This document shows, piece after piece, positions 25,189 to 34,466 of a DNA stretch of 64,000 bases. The DNA is taken from assembly GCA_963699725.1 (NCBI GenBank), contig CAVOVA010000007.1:29108-93107 (forward strand), written 5' to 3'. Source of the stretch: an uncultured Thermoleophilia bacterium. Lineage in GTDB: Bacteria > Actinomycetota > Thermoleophilia > UBA2241. The first letter of the stretch is position 1; every line of letters starts with the position of its first letter. The position numbers were made by a program, and so were the translations under genes. Under the pieces are notes generated by a model that saw only the letters and a list, made by a program, of their open reading frames with translations, had not been told where the DNA came from and ran no database searches.

Positions 25189-26456
25189 GCGTGCCCACCT
25201 TGGGACGCAGCGGCAGCATACGGCGTCGGCGCCGGCGGACCCCCGAGACCGAGCGCGTGCCGCACCGCGGCCGCCACTCGCTCGCGGCGGAAGAAGCCCA
25301 TGAAGCTCTCGATGCCGGAGGCGTAGGCGGCGGGCGTCTCGGACATGAGGCGAAGCGTCTCCCGCCGCAGGTCTTCATAGGACCCCTCCGCATACGTGTG
25401 ACCCAGGCCGAACGCCCGCGTGCGCCACGCCATGAGACCTCTCTCGGGCACCAGCACAGGGCGGCCGGCCTCCAGAGCCTGGAGCATCACGCCGCTCGAG
25501 ACGTAGTGGCGACGGTACGGCAGGACGGCACAGGGCGCGGCGCGCATGAACTCGCGAGCGACAGCGAAACTCGGGAGATACGTATCGGTCTCGAGCAAGG
25601 CTCCTCTCCCGGCCAGACTCTCCCGAAGTCGCGCAAGCTCCCCGCTCTGGTCGTCGACCGGCGGCCGCGCACCGCAGTGTGCGAACCGAGCCTCGAGATC
25701 GACGGCGAGACGCACGACAAGCGGGTAGCCTCGCCTCGCATGTGCCGTGCCATAGTACACGAGCACGTCCGACTCAGGGTCTCGAGCGCCGAACTCGCGC
25801 AGGCGCCCCAACCAGGCACGTTCGGTTTCGTTCATCGACCAGTCCTCAACGTCGAAACTCGCGAAGATGTCGGGGAGCCATTCGTACGGCCGGCGGTGAG
25901 TCCCGACGAAGACCTCGTCCAGGCACAGCGCGGCGTCGAGCAGGCGAAAGCGCGGCATGAGACGTTCATGGAAGACGTAGGGGTCCGTGCGCCAGGCGAC
26001 GCTGCCCCGCCGCCAGCGTCCGAAGCGGTTCCTCCACGGATCCGCGTCACGACCGACATGCACGTAGCGCGTATCACGCAGAAAGATGCCCACGCGGCGA
26101 CCCGGAATGCACCGGCGCCGCGTCATCTGCCGCGTCAGCAGATCGAGATGATCGTCGGCCTCGGTCAGCACGGTGATCTCGGCGGCCTGCTCGGTCACCA
26201 GCCGGCACAACGCGTCCAGGCTGATGTCGCGGCCCCCTCGAGGCAGCGCACTGGTGTCCACGAGCTCCACCGGCCCGCGGCGGCGCAGCGCGCCCTCGAA
26301 GGCAGCGCGGGCGGGCGGGTCGAGGCCGCCGAGAGAACCGGCCACGACCACCCCGCAACCGGCGTCGCGCAGGATGTCCGCCAGCGCCTTGCAGTAGACC
26401 TGACGGTGTCCCCCCAGGGCGGGCGAGAAGATCAGCACGCGTGGCGTGAGCGCCAT
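25185..26456 (-). CDS. Hypothetical protein, GT-B-like (unassigned glycosyltransferase or polymer-modifying enzyme)
   Basis: The ORF is 423 aa and ATG 26456 was verified. The N-terminus VLIFSPALGGHRQVY and the C-terminus LPYRRHYVSSGVMLQALEAGRPVLVPERG resemble GT-B Rossmann halves. No family signature was recognised. Confidence 0.45.
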   Translation of the reverse strand: MALTPRVLIFSPALGGHRQVYCKALADILRDAGCGVVVAGSLGGLDPPARAAFEGALRRRGPVELVDTSALPRGGRDISLDALCRLVTEQAAEITVLTEADDHLDLLTRQMTRRRCIPGRRVGIFLRDTRYVHVGRDADPWRNRFGRWRRGSVAWRTDPYVFHERLMPRFRLLDAALCLDEVFVGTHRRPYEWLPDIFASFDVEDWSMNETERAWLGRLREFGARDPESDVLVYYGTAHARRGYPLVVRLAVDLEARFAHCGARPPVDDQSGELARLRESLAGRGALLETDTYLPSFAVAREFMRAAPCAVLPYRRHYVSSGVMLQALEAGRPVLVPERGLMAWRTRAFGLGHTYAEGSYEDLRRETLRLMSETPAAYASGIESFMGFFRRERVAAAVRHALGLGGPPAPTPYAAAASQGGHA

Positions 26457-26473
26457 GGCCCTGCCCCGAGCGG

Positions 26474-27562
26474 CTACCGGGCCCGCTGCGCGGCGGTGCG
26501 CCAGGCGCCTCTCAGCACGGCGAACAGCGGCGCCGGGAGATGCGCCTTCAGCCACTTGCCCGGGTGCAGGCGGCGGGCCACCACGCCGGCGAGGATGTCG
26601 AGGCGGTGACGGTTGCGCCACAGGTACTCGCCCCAGCCGTATCCCTGCATGCAGCGGGCGCCGCGGCGCCGCCCGACCAGCGGCATGTACTCGGCGGCGC
26701 GCACGAAATGGGAGCGCCACAGGCGACGCAGCCGCGATGGCTCCACGGCGAGGCGCTCGTAGAGCAGGAGCGCCTGATTCATGCCGGTGATCGTGATGGC
26801 CGGCCAGTCGGTGAGCCATTCCTGTCCACCCTGCCCCATCAACGCGCACGGCTGGGCGATGTAGTAGCCTGCTCTGCCGGCCATGGCGTGGGCGAGGATC
26901 TTCACGTGCGGGAACAGGTCGTCGAGCGACGTGTCGGCCGCCGACACCATTGGGGAGTCGCTCATCCGCAGCAGGCCGGCGCAGCGTTGCCACTCCGTCC
27001 GCCGAAACACGCTGGAGAGGATCGACGTGTTGACTTCCACCGCATTGGACGTGCGCAGGTCGAAGATGTGCTCCCAGGAGTCAAGCCGCCTGCTCTCGGG
27101 CTCGCGCACGACGCACTCGTCGATGCTGGGCAGCCGCCCGGACCCTTCGTCGCGCAGGAACTCGTCGCGGACCGCCATCCGAGCGGTGAAGTAGTTGACA
27201 TAGAAGTAGTCGATCTCGCCGTGGGCCAGCAGGGCCTGGGTGATGGCCTGCAGCCCGCCGTCGAGCACGAGATCGTCATCCCCGAGCACCCACGCGTACT
27301 CACCCGAGGCTCGTTCGACGGCCAGGAGGAAGTTGCGACTCCCCACGTTCTCGTCGTTGCGGAAGTACCGTATCGGATAGATCGCCGAGGCGGTCGCGAC
27401 CACCGCCGGCGTGGCGTCGGTCGATGCGTTGTCCGAGACGACGATCTCCACCCGCTCGCCGAACGCCGCGCACTGCCGGCACAGTGACTGCAGCATCGGC
27501 TCGAGGAGCGAGGCGCGATTGTACGTGGGCACGCACAGCGAGAGCAGGGGATCGGCGCTCAC
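26474..27562 (-). CDS. Glycosyltransferase, GT2 family
   Basis: LSLCVPTYNRASLLEPMLQSL....VEIVVSDNASTDATP is a GT2 signature, followed by a DDD motif (VLGDDDLV). GTG 27562 is in a GTGA overlap with the wzt stop. Confidence 0.8.
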   Translation of the reverse strand: MSADPLLSLCVPTYNRASLLEPMLQSLCRQCAAFGERVEIVVSDNASTDATPAVVATASAIYPIRYFRNDENVGSRNFLLAVERASGEYAWVLGDDDLVLDGGLQAITQALLAHGEIDYFYVNYFTARMAVRDEFLRDEGSGRLPSIDECVVREPESRRLDSWEHIFDLRTSNAVEVNTSILSSVFRRTEWQRCAGLLRMSDSPMVSAADTSLDDLFPHVKILAHAMAGRAGYYIAQPCALMGQGGQEWLTDWPAITITGMNQALLLYERLAVEPSRLRRLWRSHFVRAAEYMPLVGRRRGARCMQGYGWGEYLWRNRHRLDILAGVVARRLHPGKWLKAHLPAPLFAVLRGAWRTAAQRAR

Positions 27563-28887
27563 GTTCCATCACCCGGCGCCGGGGCCGTCAGCTCGTCCTC
27601 CATCACGTCGGTCTCCCAGGCCAGGCGCGGCCGGATGGCGCCGATCCAGGGCCCGGTGTACTCCTGGCGCATCGCGCCGGTGTCATGCACCGTGAACGAC
27701 ACGACTTCGTCGGCGCGCACCTGCGGCCGCGAGCTGTCCTTGAGCACCCACGCGCTGACGCGATACATGCCGTCGTTGAGGAAGTTCCCGGGCACCGTGC
27801 AGACGGCGCGATACAGCCCGACAGGGTGCGGCCGGCACGACCAGCCGTCGTCGGCGAGGGCCGCCGACGGCGAGCTGTTGGCCGCGAAGACCGTGACCCC
27901 CGACTTGTCGTGCAGGTGCACCGCGGCCGAGAGCCGGTTGCCTTCTGCGAAGTTCCAGAACCAGATCTCGATCTGGATCTCCTCGTCGATGTCGACGTCC
28001 GCAGTGCTCTCGTCGCGCTGCGTGACGCGCACGGCATGCAGCTTGACCTGTTCCCCGCCCGGAGCCTCGTCCGGGTCGCTCCACAGCACGCTCCCCGAGA
28101 CGTCGAGCCCTCGCGTGATGTACTCGCCGACGACGTCGCTCGTAGGGCCGGAGGCGACCACCCTCCCCGCGTCGAGCAGGACGGCGCGCGAGCAGAGCGT
28201 CGAGATCGCCCCCATGTTGTGGCTCACGAACAGCACGGTACGGCCCTCGCTCGCGACGTCGCCCATCCTGCCCAGGCACTTCTTCTGGAACTCGAGGTCG
28301 CCGACGGCCAGGACCTCGTCCACGATGAGGATGTCGGGCTCGAGATGCGCCGCCACGGCGAACGCCAGACGCACGTACATGCCGCTGGAGTAGCGCTTCA
28401 CCGGCGTGTCGAGGTACTTGCCGATCTCCGAAAACGCGACGATGTCGTCGAACTTCTCGCGCACCTCGGAACGACGCATGCCGATGATGGCGCCGTTCAT
28501 GTAGATGTTGTCGCGCCCCGTGAGCTCCGGATGGAAGCCCGTGCCGACCTCGAGGAGGCTGCCGACGCTGCCGACCAGCTCGGCTCTCCCCTCCGTGGGA
28601 TGCGTGATGCGGGTGAGCACCTTGAGCAGGGTGCTCTTGCCGGCGCCGTTGCGGCCGATGATGCCGACCCGGTCCCCTGCCTGCACGTCGAACGAGACGT
28701 CGCGCAGCGCCCACATCAGCTCGGTGCGGCCGCCGGTAGAGGCGCCGCGGTGCTTGAGCCGGCGGAGAGGTGCAGCGGCCAGGTTGCCGAGGGCATCGCG
28801 CAACGTGGGGTTGTTGTCTTTGATGCTGCCGATGCGGTAGCACTTGCCCAGGCCCTCAATGGTGACGACGGTCTCGGGCATGCTCAC
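27559..28887 (-). CDS. wzt: Polysaccharide ABC exporter ATP-binding protein with a C-terminal glycan-binding (Wzt_C-like) domain
   Basis: Walker A GRNGAGKST, signature YSSGM, and Walker B ILIVDEVLAVGD. About 190 extra C-terminal residues are predicted to be all-beta (VKLHAVRV...IEIWFWNF...YRAVCTVPGNFLNDGMYRVSAWV). Confidence 0.85.
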   Translation of the reverse strand: MSMPETVVTIEGLGKCYRIGSIKDNNPTLRDALGNLAAAPLRRLKHRGASTGGRTELMWALRDVSFDVQAGDRVGIIGRNGAGKSTLLKVLTRITHPTEGRAELVGSVGSLLEVGTGFHPELTGRDNIYMNGAIIGMRRSEVREKFDDIVAFSEIGKYLDTPVKRYSSGMYVRLAFAVAAHLEPDILIVDEVLAVGDLEFQKKCLGRMGDVASEGRTVLFVSHNMGAISTLCSRAVLLDAGRVVASGPTSDVVGEYITRGLDVSGSVLWSDPDEAPGGEQVKLHAVRVTQRDESTADVDIDEEIQIEIWFWNFAEGNRLSAAVHLHDKSGVTVFAANSSPSAALADDGWSCRPHPVGLYRAVCTVPGNFLNDGMYRVSAWVLKDSSRPQVRADEVVSFTVHDTGAMRQEYTGPWIGAIRPRLAWETDVMEDELTAPAPGDGT

Positions 28888-29771
28888 ACCACGTCCGCGA
28901 AGGTGCGTTCCATGCGCTTGAAGTAGAACAGCCCTCCGATCAGCAACGCCAGCACCACCACGACGGAGATGGCCATCGTGTAGCTCGGTGGCTGTTCACC
29001 GAGGATCGCCCAGCGGAAGCCCTGGATCACGCCGACCATGGGGTTCAGCGAATACAGCGTGCGAAGGATCCCTTCAGGCACCTTGTCCACCGGGTAGATC
29101 ACCGGACTGAGGTACATCAGGAGCTGGACGAGGAAGGGAACGATGTACTGAATGTCGCGATAGAGGACGTTGAGCGCGGCGAGCCAGAGCGACACCGCCA
29201 GCGCCGTGGCCAGACAGAACAACGTGAGCAGCGGCAGCCACACCATCGTCCAGGCGTAGGGTACGCCGAAGATCGCCATGAGGACCAGCAGCATCACGAA
29301 CGCGATGACGAAGTCGACGACACCCGCGAAGATGCTCGAGATCGGGATGACGAGCCGGGGGAAGTACACCTTGGTCAGGAGATTCGCCCTCGCCACCAGG
29401 CTGACGCTCGCGCGATTGATACCCCCGGCGAAGAGGTTCCAGGGCAGCAGAGCAGTGTAGCTGAAGACGGCGTACGGTACGTCACTGCCCGACTGGACGC
29501 CGAGGAGCATGCCGAAGACCAGGGTGAACACGACCATGGTGACCAATGGATTCAGCACCGCCCAGGCCACGCCGAGGACGGCCTGCTTGTAGCGGACGAG
29601 CACATCGCGCCAGGAGAGGAAGAAGAGCAGCTCGCGGTAGCGCCACAGCTCGCCCAGCTCCAACGCCGACCACCCCGTCCGGGGTCTGATCACCACACCC
29701 GGGCGCTTCGGTGTGGGCGTGTATGCGGCGGGTGTGTCGGTCGGCACGTCCACGTCCGACGCCCTACTCAC
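28884..29771 (-). CDS. wzm: ABC-2 type polysaccharide exporter permease
   Basis: The protein is 295 aa with six hydrophobic helices and the N-terminal LWRYRELLFFLSWRDVLVRYKQAVLGVAWAVLNP motif typical of Wzm/TagG permeases. It overlaps wzt. Confidence 0.8.
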   Translation of the reverse strand: MSRASDVDVPTDTPAAYTPTPKRPGVVIRPRTGWSALELGELWRYRELLFFLSWRDVLVRYKQAVLGVAWAVLNPLVTMVVFTLVFGMLLGVQSGSDVPYAVFSYTALLPWNLFAGGINRASVSLVARANLLTKVYFPRLVIPISSIFAGVVDFVIAFVMLLVLMAIFGVPYAWTMVWLPLLTLFCLATALAVSLWLAALNVLYRDIQYIVPFLVQLLMYLSPVIYPVDKVPEGILRTLYSLNPMVGVIQGFRWAILGEQPPSYTMAISVVVVLALLIGGLFYFKRMERTFADVV

Positions 29772-30756
29772 GAAGCGCCCGCATCCAGTCGTACTCCGCC
29801 GAGAGGCCCTCGAGAAGGCCGACGGCGGGAGCGTAGTCGATGAGCTCGCGCGCCCTCGTCAGGTCGGCCCAGGTGTCCTGGACGTCGCCGGCCTGCTTCG
29901 CCTCGACACGGATGTCCGGCCGCGTCCCGGCCACGTCCCCGAGCATGTCGAGCACGTGAGTGAGCGACACGCGGGACCCGCCGCCCACGTTCAGCACGCT
30001 GCCGGGCGGTGCGGCGCCGGCACGAACGAGGGCCTCGACGATGTCGGCGACGAACGTGAAGTCACGCGTCTGGCCACCGTCGCCGTACACGACCAGCGGC
30101 TCGCCGGCGAGAAGCGCGCGGAGGAAGATGTTGAACGCCATGTCTGGCCGCTGTCGCGGGCCGTAGACGGTGAAGAAGCGCAGCGACACCGTCGGCACGC
30201 CGCGGCACGTCCAGTAGAGCTGCGCGAGATGCTCGCCGGCGAGCTTGGTCACTCCGTACGGCGAGATCGGCCGGCAGACCGCGTCCTCTTGCAGGGGCAG
30301 CGTGGGGCTGTCACCGTACACGGACGACGAACTGGCATAGATGACCCGCTCGACCGCGGACTCACGACACGCCTCGAGCACGAGTTGCGTGGCGAGCACG
30401 TTGTTCTCCGCATAGACGCGAAAGCTCTGACCCCAGCTCGCCCGCACTCCCGCCTGGGCGGCCAGATGATAGACCCGGTCGCATCCCCGGACCAGCTCTT
30501 CGAGCCTCGTCGCGCCGTCGCTGCCCGCCTCGGTCGCCAGCGAGTGGACATCAGTCTCGACGAACGTGTACCGGGGGTCGGCGAGGGCGAGGGTCAGATT
30601 GGCCTCTTTGAGCGCGCGCGGATAGTAGTCCTCGAACGAATCCACGCCCACCACCTGGGCGCCGTCGCGCAGAAGACGCTCCACAAGATGAGACCCGATG
30701 AAGCCGGCCGCGCCGGTGACCAGCACGCGCGATCCGGAGAGATCCACTGAATCCAT
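29764..30756 (-). CDS. NAD-dependent nucleotide-sugar epimerase/dehydratase (extended SDR)
   Basis: VLVTGAAGFIGSHLVERLL (GxxGxxG) and the SSSSVYG...Y..TK catalytic motif are present. ATG 30756 was verified. It is the first gene of the minus-strand exporter operon. Confidence 0.85.
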   Translation of the reverse strand: MDSVDLSGSRVLVTGAAGFIGSHLVERLLRDGAQVVGVDSFEDYYPRALKEANLTLALADPRYTFVETDVHSLATEAGSDGATRLEELVRGCDRVYHLAAQAGVRASWGQSFRVYAENNVLATQLVLEACRESAVERVIYASSSSVYGDSPTLPLQEDAVCRPISPYGVTKLAGEHLAQLYWTCRGVPTVSLRFFTVYGPRQRPDMAFNIFLRALLAGEPLVVYGDGGQTRDFTFVADIVEALVRAGAAPPGSVLNVGGGSRVSLTHVLDMLGDVAGTRPDIRVEAKQAGDVQDTWADLTRARELIDYAPAVGLLEGLSAEYDWMRALRE

Positions 30757-30987
30757 CACTGCCCACAGCCCCGTCGATCGTTGCCCGCAGGCCCCGTCGG
30801 GTGCCTGTCCGAGGAGTCGGCCACGACGACACGCCTCAGCCGACCCGACTCGCCGACATTGTACCAGCCCGCTGCCCTCGCTGAGCCGGCTCGCGACACC
30901 CTGTGTAGACATCCACGGCAACGCGCGCTCCTGCCGAGCAGGCCGGCCACAGGTATCATGTGCGGGCGGCAAGCCTCGGGAGGGCGG
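30757..30987. promoter_or_regulatory. Divergent intergenic region between the ABC-exporter operon and the AsnB-like array
   Basis: Inferred from gene geometry only. Confidence 0.3.
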
Positions 30988-32727
30988 ATGTCCGGACTCA
31001 TAGCTGTCTGCGTGCGCGACGCGGCGACCGATGGTCGTCTCCGCGACGTCCTCGAGGGCTGCGCCCGCCGCCTCTCACCTGACAACATCTCTCCCCGCCC
31101 CCCCTCGACCATGCTGTCGCCGGGTATCGGGTTCGCTGTGACGAACCCTGCTCCGGGCCTCTCTCTCGACGCCAACGGCGTCTGCCTGGGAGCCGTACAG
31201 GACGACCCGGCGACCTGGTCGCGCGTGGCGTCGCCGGTCCCCGACGGTTCCTACGTACTTCTTCGGCACAGCGACGATGCCCTTGAGCTGATCAGCGACG
31301 CGCTGGCGTCGCGGACGGTCTGGTACGTTCACACCGCCGAACTCTTCCTCGCCTCGACGTCCCAGCGGGCCCTCGTCTCTCTTCTCGGCGACTTTCAGCC
31401 AGATCGTGCGGCAGTGCTCTGGATGGCCACGTCGGGAACGCTGGGGCCATCGGCCTCGTGGGATCGCCGATTGAGCAGACTCCCGGGGGCGTCGACGCTG
31501 CGGCTCGATCGCCGGTCGTGGCGCCTGGACGTCACCAGCGAGCCGGTGACGTTCGAACCGGCGCGCCGCAGCGACGAGGAGCACGTCGCCGAACTGGGTG
31601 CGGCGATCCTCGACTCCTGCGCCGACCTGCACGTCGATCTGGCGGACTGGGTCCTGCCTCTATCGGGGGGGATGGACAGCCGGGCGCTTCTTCTGGCCCT
31701 TCTTGAGACGGGGAGGCGCCCGCGCTGCGTCACCTGGGGCCTGCGCAGCGCCGTCACGGATCCCGCCAACGACGCGGCCGTCGCCAGAGTGCTCGCCGAC
31801 ACGACGGGCGTGGAACACCTCTACTACCCCACCGACCACTCGGAGGAGGACGTCGGCGCGGTCCTGGATCGCTTCCTGGTCGCCGGCGAGGGACGCAGCG
31901 AGGACTTCGCCGGGTACACCGACGGCCTCGCCACGTGGAAGCAGCTCTTCGAATCCGGCGTCGCAGGCGTCATTCGCGGTGACGAGCCGGGGTGGGGATA
32001 CCGCACCTATCACTCCGAGAGCTACGCCCGGCGCCGCGTCCACCTCCGAGTCCTCGCCGACTACCCCCCCTCCCATCTCATCCATCAGCTGGGACTGGAA
32101 CCGCAGCCAGTCCCGTCCCAGCTGACGCGCCACGAGCGGGAGAGCCTCACGACCTACCGTGACCGGATCTACGAAGCCTATAATCTCCCCACCTTCTTCG
32201 CCGCCCTGAACGACGTCAAGACGCCATACGTGGAGATCGCCAATCCCTTCCTCACCCGCAGGGTCGTGAGCGTCGTGCGCTCGCTACCGGACCATCTCCG
32301 CGAACATCGCCGCGCATTCGCCGCCTTCGTCCGCGCCTACGGACCCGATGTGCCCTTCGCCACCAAGGCGGCGCCGGCCGAGCCCAGCGAGTACCTGGCG
32401 CGCCCGGGTCTGGTCACCGAGGTTCGGGAAGAGCTCGAGTCGAGCCGGGCGGAGAGTGTGCTGGACCGGGGCGCCCTCGATCGCCTCTGCGCCGCTCTCG
32501 ACGCCTCCCCGAGGTTCGACGCACGGCGCGGGCTGCGAGCGGCCGCACGCAAGGTGATCCCCGACGAGCTCGCGCGCCGGCTGCGACCGAACGCGGCCAT
32601 CCTTCTGAGTGCACGCGAGCTCGCCTTTCGCGTCTGCATCGCGAGCCGCATGGCGACGATGCTCACCGCCGACGCCGCGGCGAGCCCCGCATGGCGGGGC
32701 TCGGAGACGCGGCCGGAGGGCCACTGA
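30988..32727 (+). CDS. Asparagine synthetase B-like adenylating enzyme, paralogue 1 (no N-terminal Cys nucleophile)
   Basis: ATG 30988 follows GGGAGGG. The N-terminal domain has an Ntn-amidotransferase-like pattern (DGSYVLLRHSDDALELISDALASRTVWY...LASTSQRALV). The PP-loop LSGGMDSRALL is intact. The protein starts MSGL, not MCG. Confidence 0.75.
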   Translation: MSGLIAVCVRDAATDGRLRDVLEGCARRLSPDNISPRPPSTMLSPGIGFAVTNPAPGLSLDANGVCLGAVQDDPATWSRVASPVPDGSYVLLRHSDDALELISDALASRTVWYVHTAELFLASTSQRALVSLLGDFQPDRAAVLWMATSGTLGPSASWDRRLSRLPGASTLRLDRRSWRLDVTSEPVTFEPARRSDEEHVAELGAAILDSCADLHVDLADWVLPLSGGMDSRALLLALLETGRRPRCVTWGLRSAVTDPANDAAVARVLADTTGVEHLYYPTDHSEEDVGAVLDRFLVAGEGRSEDFAGYTDGLATWKQLFESGVAGVIRGDEPGWGYRTYHSESYARRRVHLRVLADYPPSHLIHQLGLEPQPVPSQLTRHERESLTTYRDRIYEAYNLPTFFAALNDVKTPYVEIANPFLTRRVVSVVRSLPDHLREHRRAFAAFVRAYGPDVPFATKAAPAEPSEYLARPGLVTEVREELESSRAESVLDRGALDRLCAALDASPRFDARRGLRAAARKVIPDELARRLRPNAAILLSARELAFRVCIASRMATMLTADAAASPAWRGSETRPEGH

Positions 32728-33737
32728 TGTCCGGGCTGATCGTCGCCTGCGCGCGTCCGGGGACCGAGCTGCCCTACTCGGCCGACGATCTGCGGCGCTG
32801 CGCCGCCCGCCTCTCGCCCGACAACCTCACCCCGCACGCCCCGCGGCTGCTGGCGGACCCGGGGCTGATCGCCGCCGTGGTCAACCCCATGCCCGACCTC
32901 CCGCGCGCGCCGGGCGCGGTCTGCCTCGGCGGGCTCGTCGGCGCCCACGACGGCTGGGACGCCACCGGGTCGCGGCGACCGGACGGCTCCTACGCCATCT
33001 GCCGCTTCGACGCCGAGCGCCTGGAGCTGGTGACCGACAACCTCGCCTCCAGGGCGCTGTGGTACGTGCTCCGCGGCGACGTCCTGCTCGCCTCCACCTC
33101 GCAGCGGGCGCTGGTCTGCCTGCTCGGCGACCTGCGCCTCAACGACGCCGCCGTCGCCTGGCTGGCCTCGAGCGGCACCCTGGGGCCCGACAACGCCTGG
33201 GACACGCGGCTGCGCCGGGTGCCGGCGGCGACGGTGCTCTCGCTCGACCGCCGCGCCTGGACCCTGAAGCAAGCCACGGAGTCGCTCGAGCACGAGCCCG
33301 AGCCGCTCCCGGACGCGGTCCATCTGCAGCGCTGGCGCGAGGCCATCCTCGAGACCTGCGCGGAGCTCGACGTCTCCCTCGACACCTGGCTCCTGCCGCT
33401 CTCCGGCGGCCTCGACAGCCGCACGCTGCTCGCCGCCCTCGTCGCCGGCGGGCGCCGCCCGCGCTGCGTCACCTGGGGCCTGCGCCGCTCGCTCGAGGAC
33501 CCCGAGAGCGACAGCGTCGTGGCGCGACGTCTGGCCGCGTACTACGGGGTCGACCACTCGTTCTTCGCGACCGACCCCGGCGACGAGCCGCCGCGCGTGC
33601 TGATCGACCGCTTCCTCGTCGCCGGCGAGGGGCGCACGGACCAGATCGCCGGCTACCTCGACGGGCTCGCCATCTGGAAGACGCTGTTCGACGAGGGCGT
33701 GACCGGGGTCATCCGGGGCGACGAGCCGGGGTGGGGC
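32639..33737 (+). repeat. Direct repeat copy A (1,099 bp; 3' end of paralogue 1 plus 5' 1,011 nt of paralogue 2)
   Basis: Compared by eye and through identical translations in three frames with 34378-35476. The offset is 1,739 bp. One mismatch was found (33452 G versus 35191 C, synonymous). Confidence 0.9.
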
Positions 33738-34466
33738 GAGGACGCCTGTTTCTCCGCGTCCGACGTTCGACGCGGCAACCGCATCGAGGCGATCTCCGAC
33801 TTCCCGTCGGGGCACCTCATCCGGCAGCTGGGACTCGCACGGCAGCCGCTGCCGGGATGGGTCGGGCAGCGGCCCGGTGAAAGCCTCGTCCTCTACGACT
33901 GCAGGCTGACCAGCAGCTACGAGTTCCCTCTCGATCTCGGCCCTCTCAACGACATCAAGTGCGCCTACGTCGAGGTCGCCAACCCGTTCCTCGGCGACCG
34001 GGTGGTGCGGATGATGCGCGCCCTCCCGGAACATCTTCGCCGAGAACGAAAAGGGTTCACTGCCGTGGTGGACCGTCTCGGCCCTCCCATACCGGCTGCG
34101 AAGCGCTCGGCGCTCGCGGGTTTGACGCCGGCCCTGCACGGCCCGCCCTTCCTCGATGAGATGCTCACCGAGCTGGCGTCGAGCGACGCAGAGCGCATCT
34201 GCGAGCGACGCGCACTCGACCTGGTCGCCGACGATCTCCGGCGCGTGAGGCCGACGTCGGCGAGCCGCAGTCTGCGTCACGCCGCGCGTACCGTCATGCC
34301 CCGACGCGTCAGGGCGTCCCTCAGGCTGAGTCCGAAGGCGAGTCTCGCCACCGCGCGCCTGGCGTTCCGGCTCGTGCTCGCGAGCCGCATGGCGACGATG
34401 CTCACCGCCGACGCCGCGGCGAGCCCCGCATGGCGGGGCTCGGAGACGCGGCCGGAGGGCCACTGA
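32727..34466 (+). CDS. Asparagine synthetase B-like adenylating enzyme, paralogue 2 (Cys-less)
   Basis: It overlaps paralogue 1 by TGATG and starts MSGLIVAC. The PP-loop is LSGGLDSRTLL. The first 337 codons are identical to paralogue 3. Confidence 0.75.
   Translation: MSGLIVACARPGTELPYSADDLRRCAARLSPDNLTPHAPRLLADPGLIAAVVNPMPDLPRAPGAVCLGGLVGAHDGWDATGSRRPDGSYAICRFDAERLELVTDNLASRALWYVLRGDVLLASTSQRALVCLLGDLRLNDAAVAWLASSGTLGPDNAWDTRLRRVPAATVLSLDRRAWTLKQATESLEHEPEPLPDAVHLQRWREAILETCAELDVSLDTWLLPLSGGLDSRTLLAALVAGGRRPRCVTWGLRRSLEDPESDSVVARRLAAYYGVDHSFFATDPGDEPPRVLIDRFLVAGEGRTDQIAGYLDGLAIWKTLFDEGVTGVIRGDEPGWGEDACFSASDVRRGNRIEAISDFPSGHLIRQLGLARQPLPGWVGQRPGESLVLYDCRLTSSYEFPLDLGPLNDIKCAYVEVANPFLGDRVVRMMRALPEHLRRERKGFTAVVDRLGPPIPAAKRSALAGLTPALHGPPFLDEMLTELASSDAERICERRALDLVADDLRRVRPTSASRSLRHAARTVMPRRVRASLRLSPKASLATARLAFRLVLASRMATMLTADAAASPAWRGSETRPEGH

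Noticed and set aside
30958-30987. An alternative upstream start for AsnB-like paralogue 1 that would give an N-terminal Met-Cys-Gly, the canonical Ntn glutaminase start.
   Set aside because: ATG 30958 has only a weak AGG upstream, whereas ATG 30988 follows GGGAGGG. Paralogues 2-4 have starts fixed by TGATG overlaps or a strong RBS at the homologous MSGL/MADV position, with no Cys. The extra ten residues (GRQASGGRM) would also displace the Cys from the first beta-strand. It is kept as a caveat, not a call.
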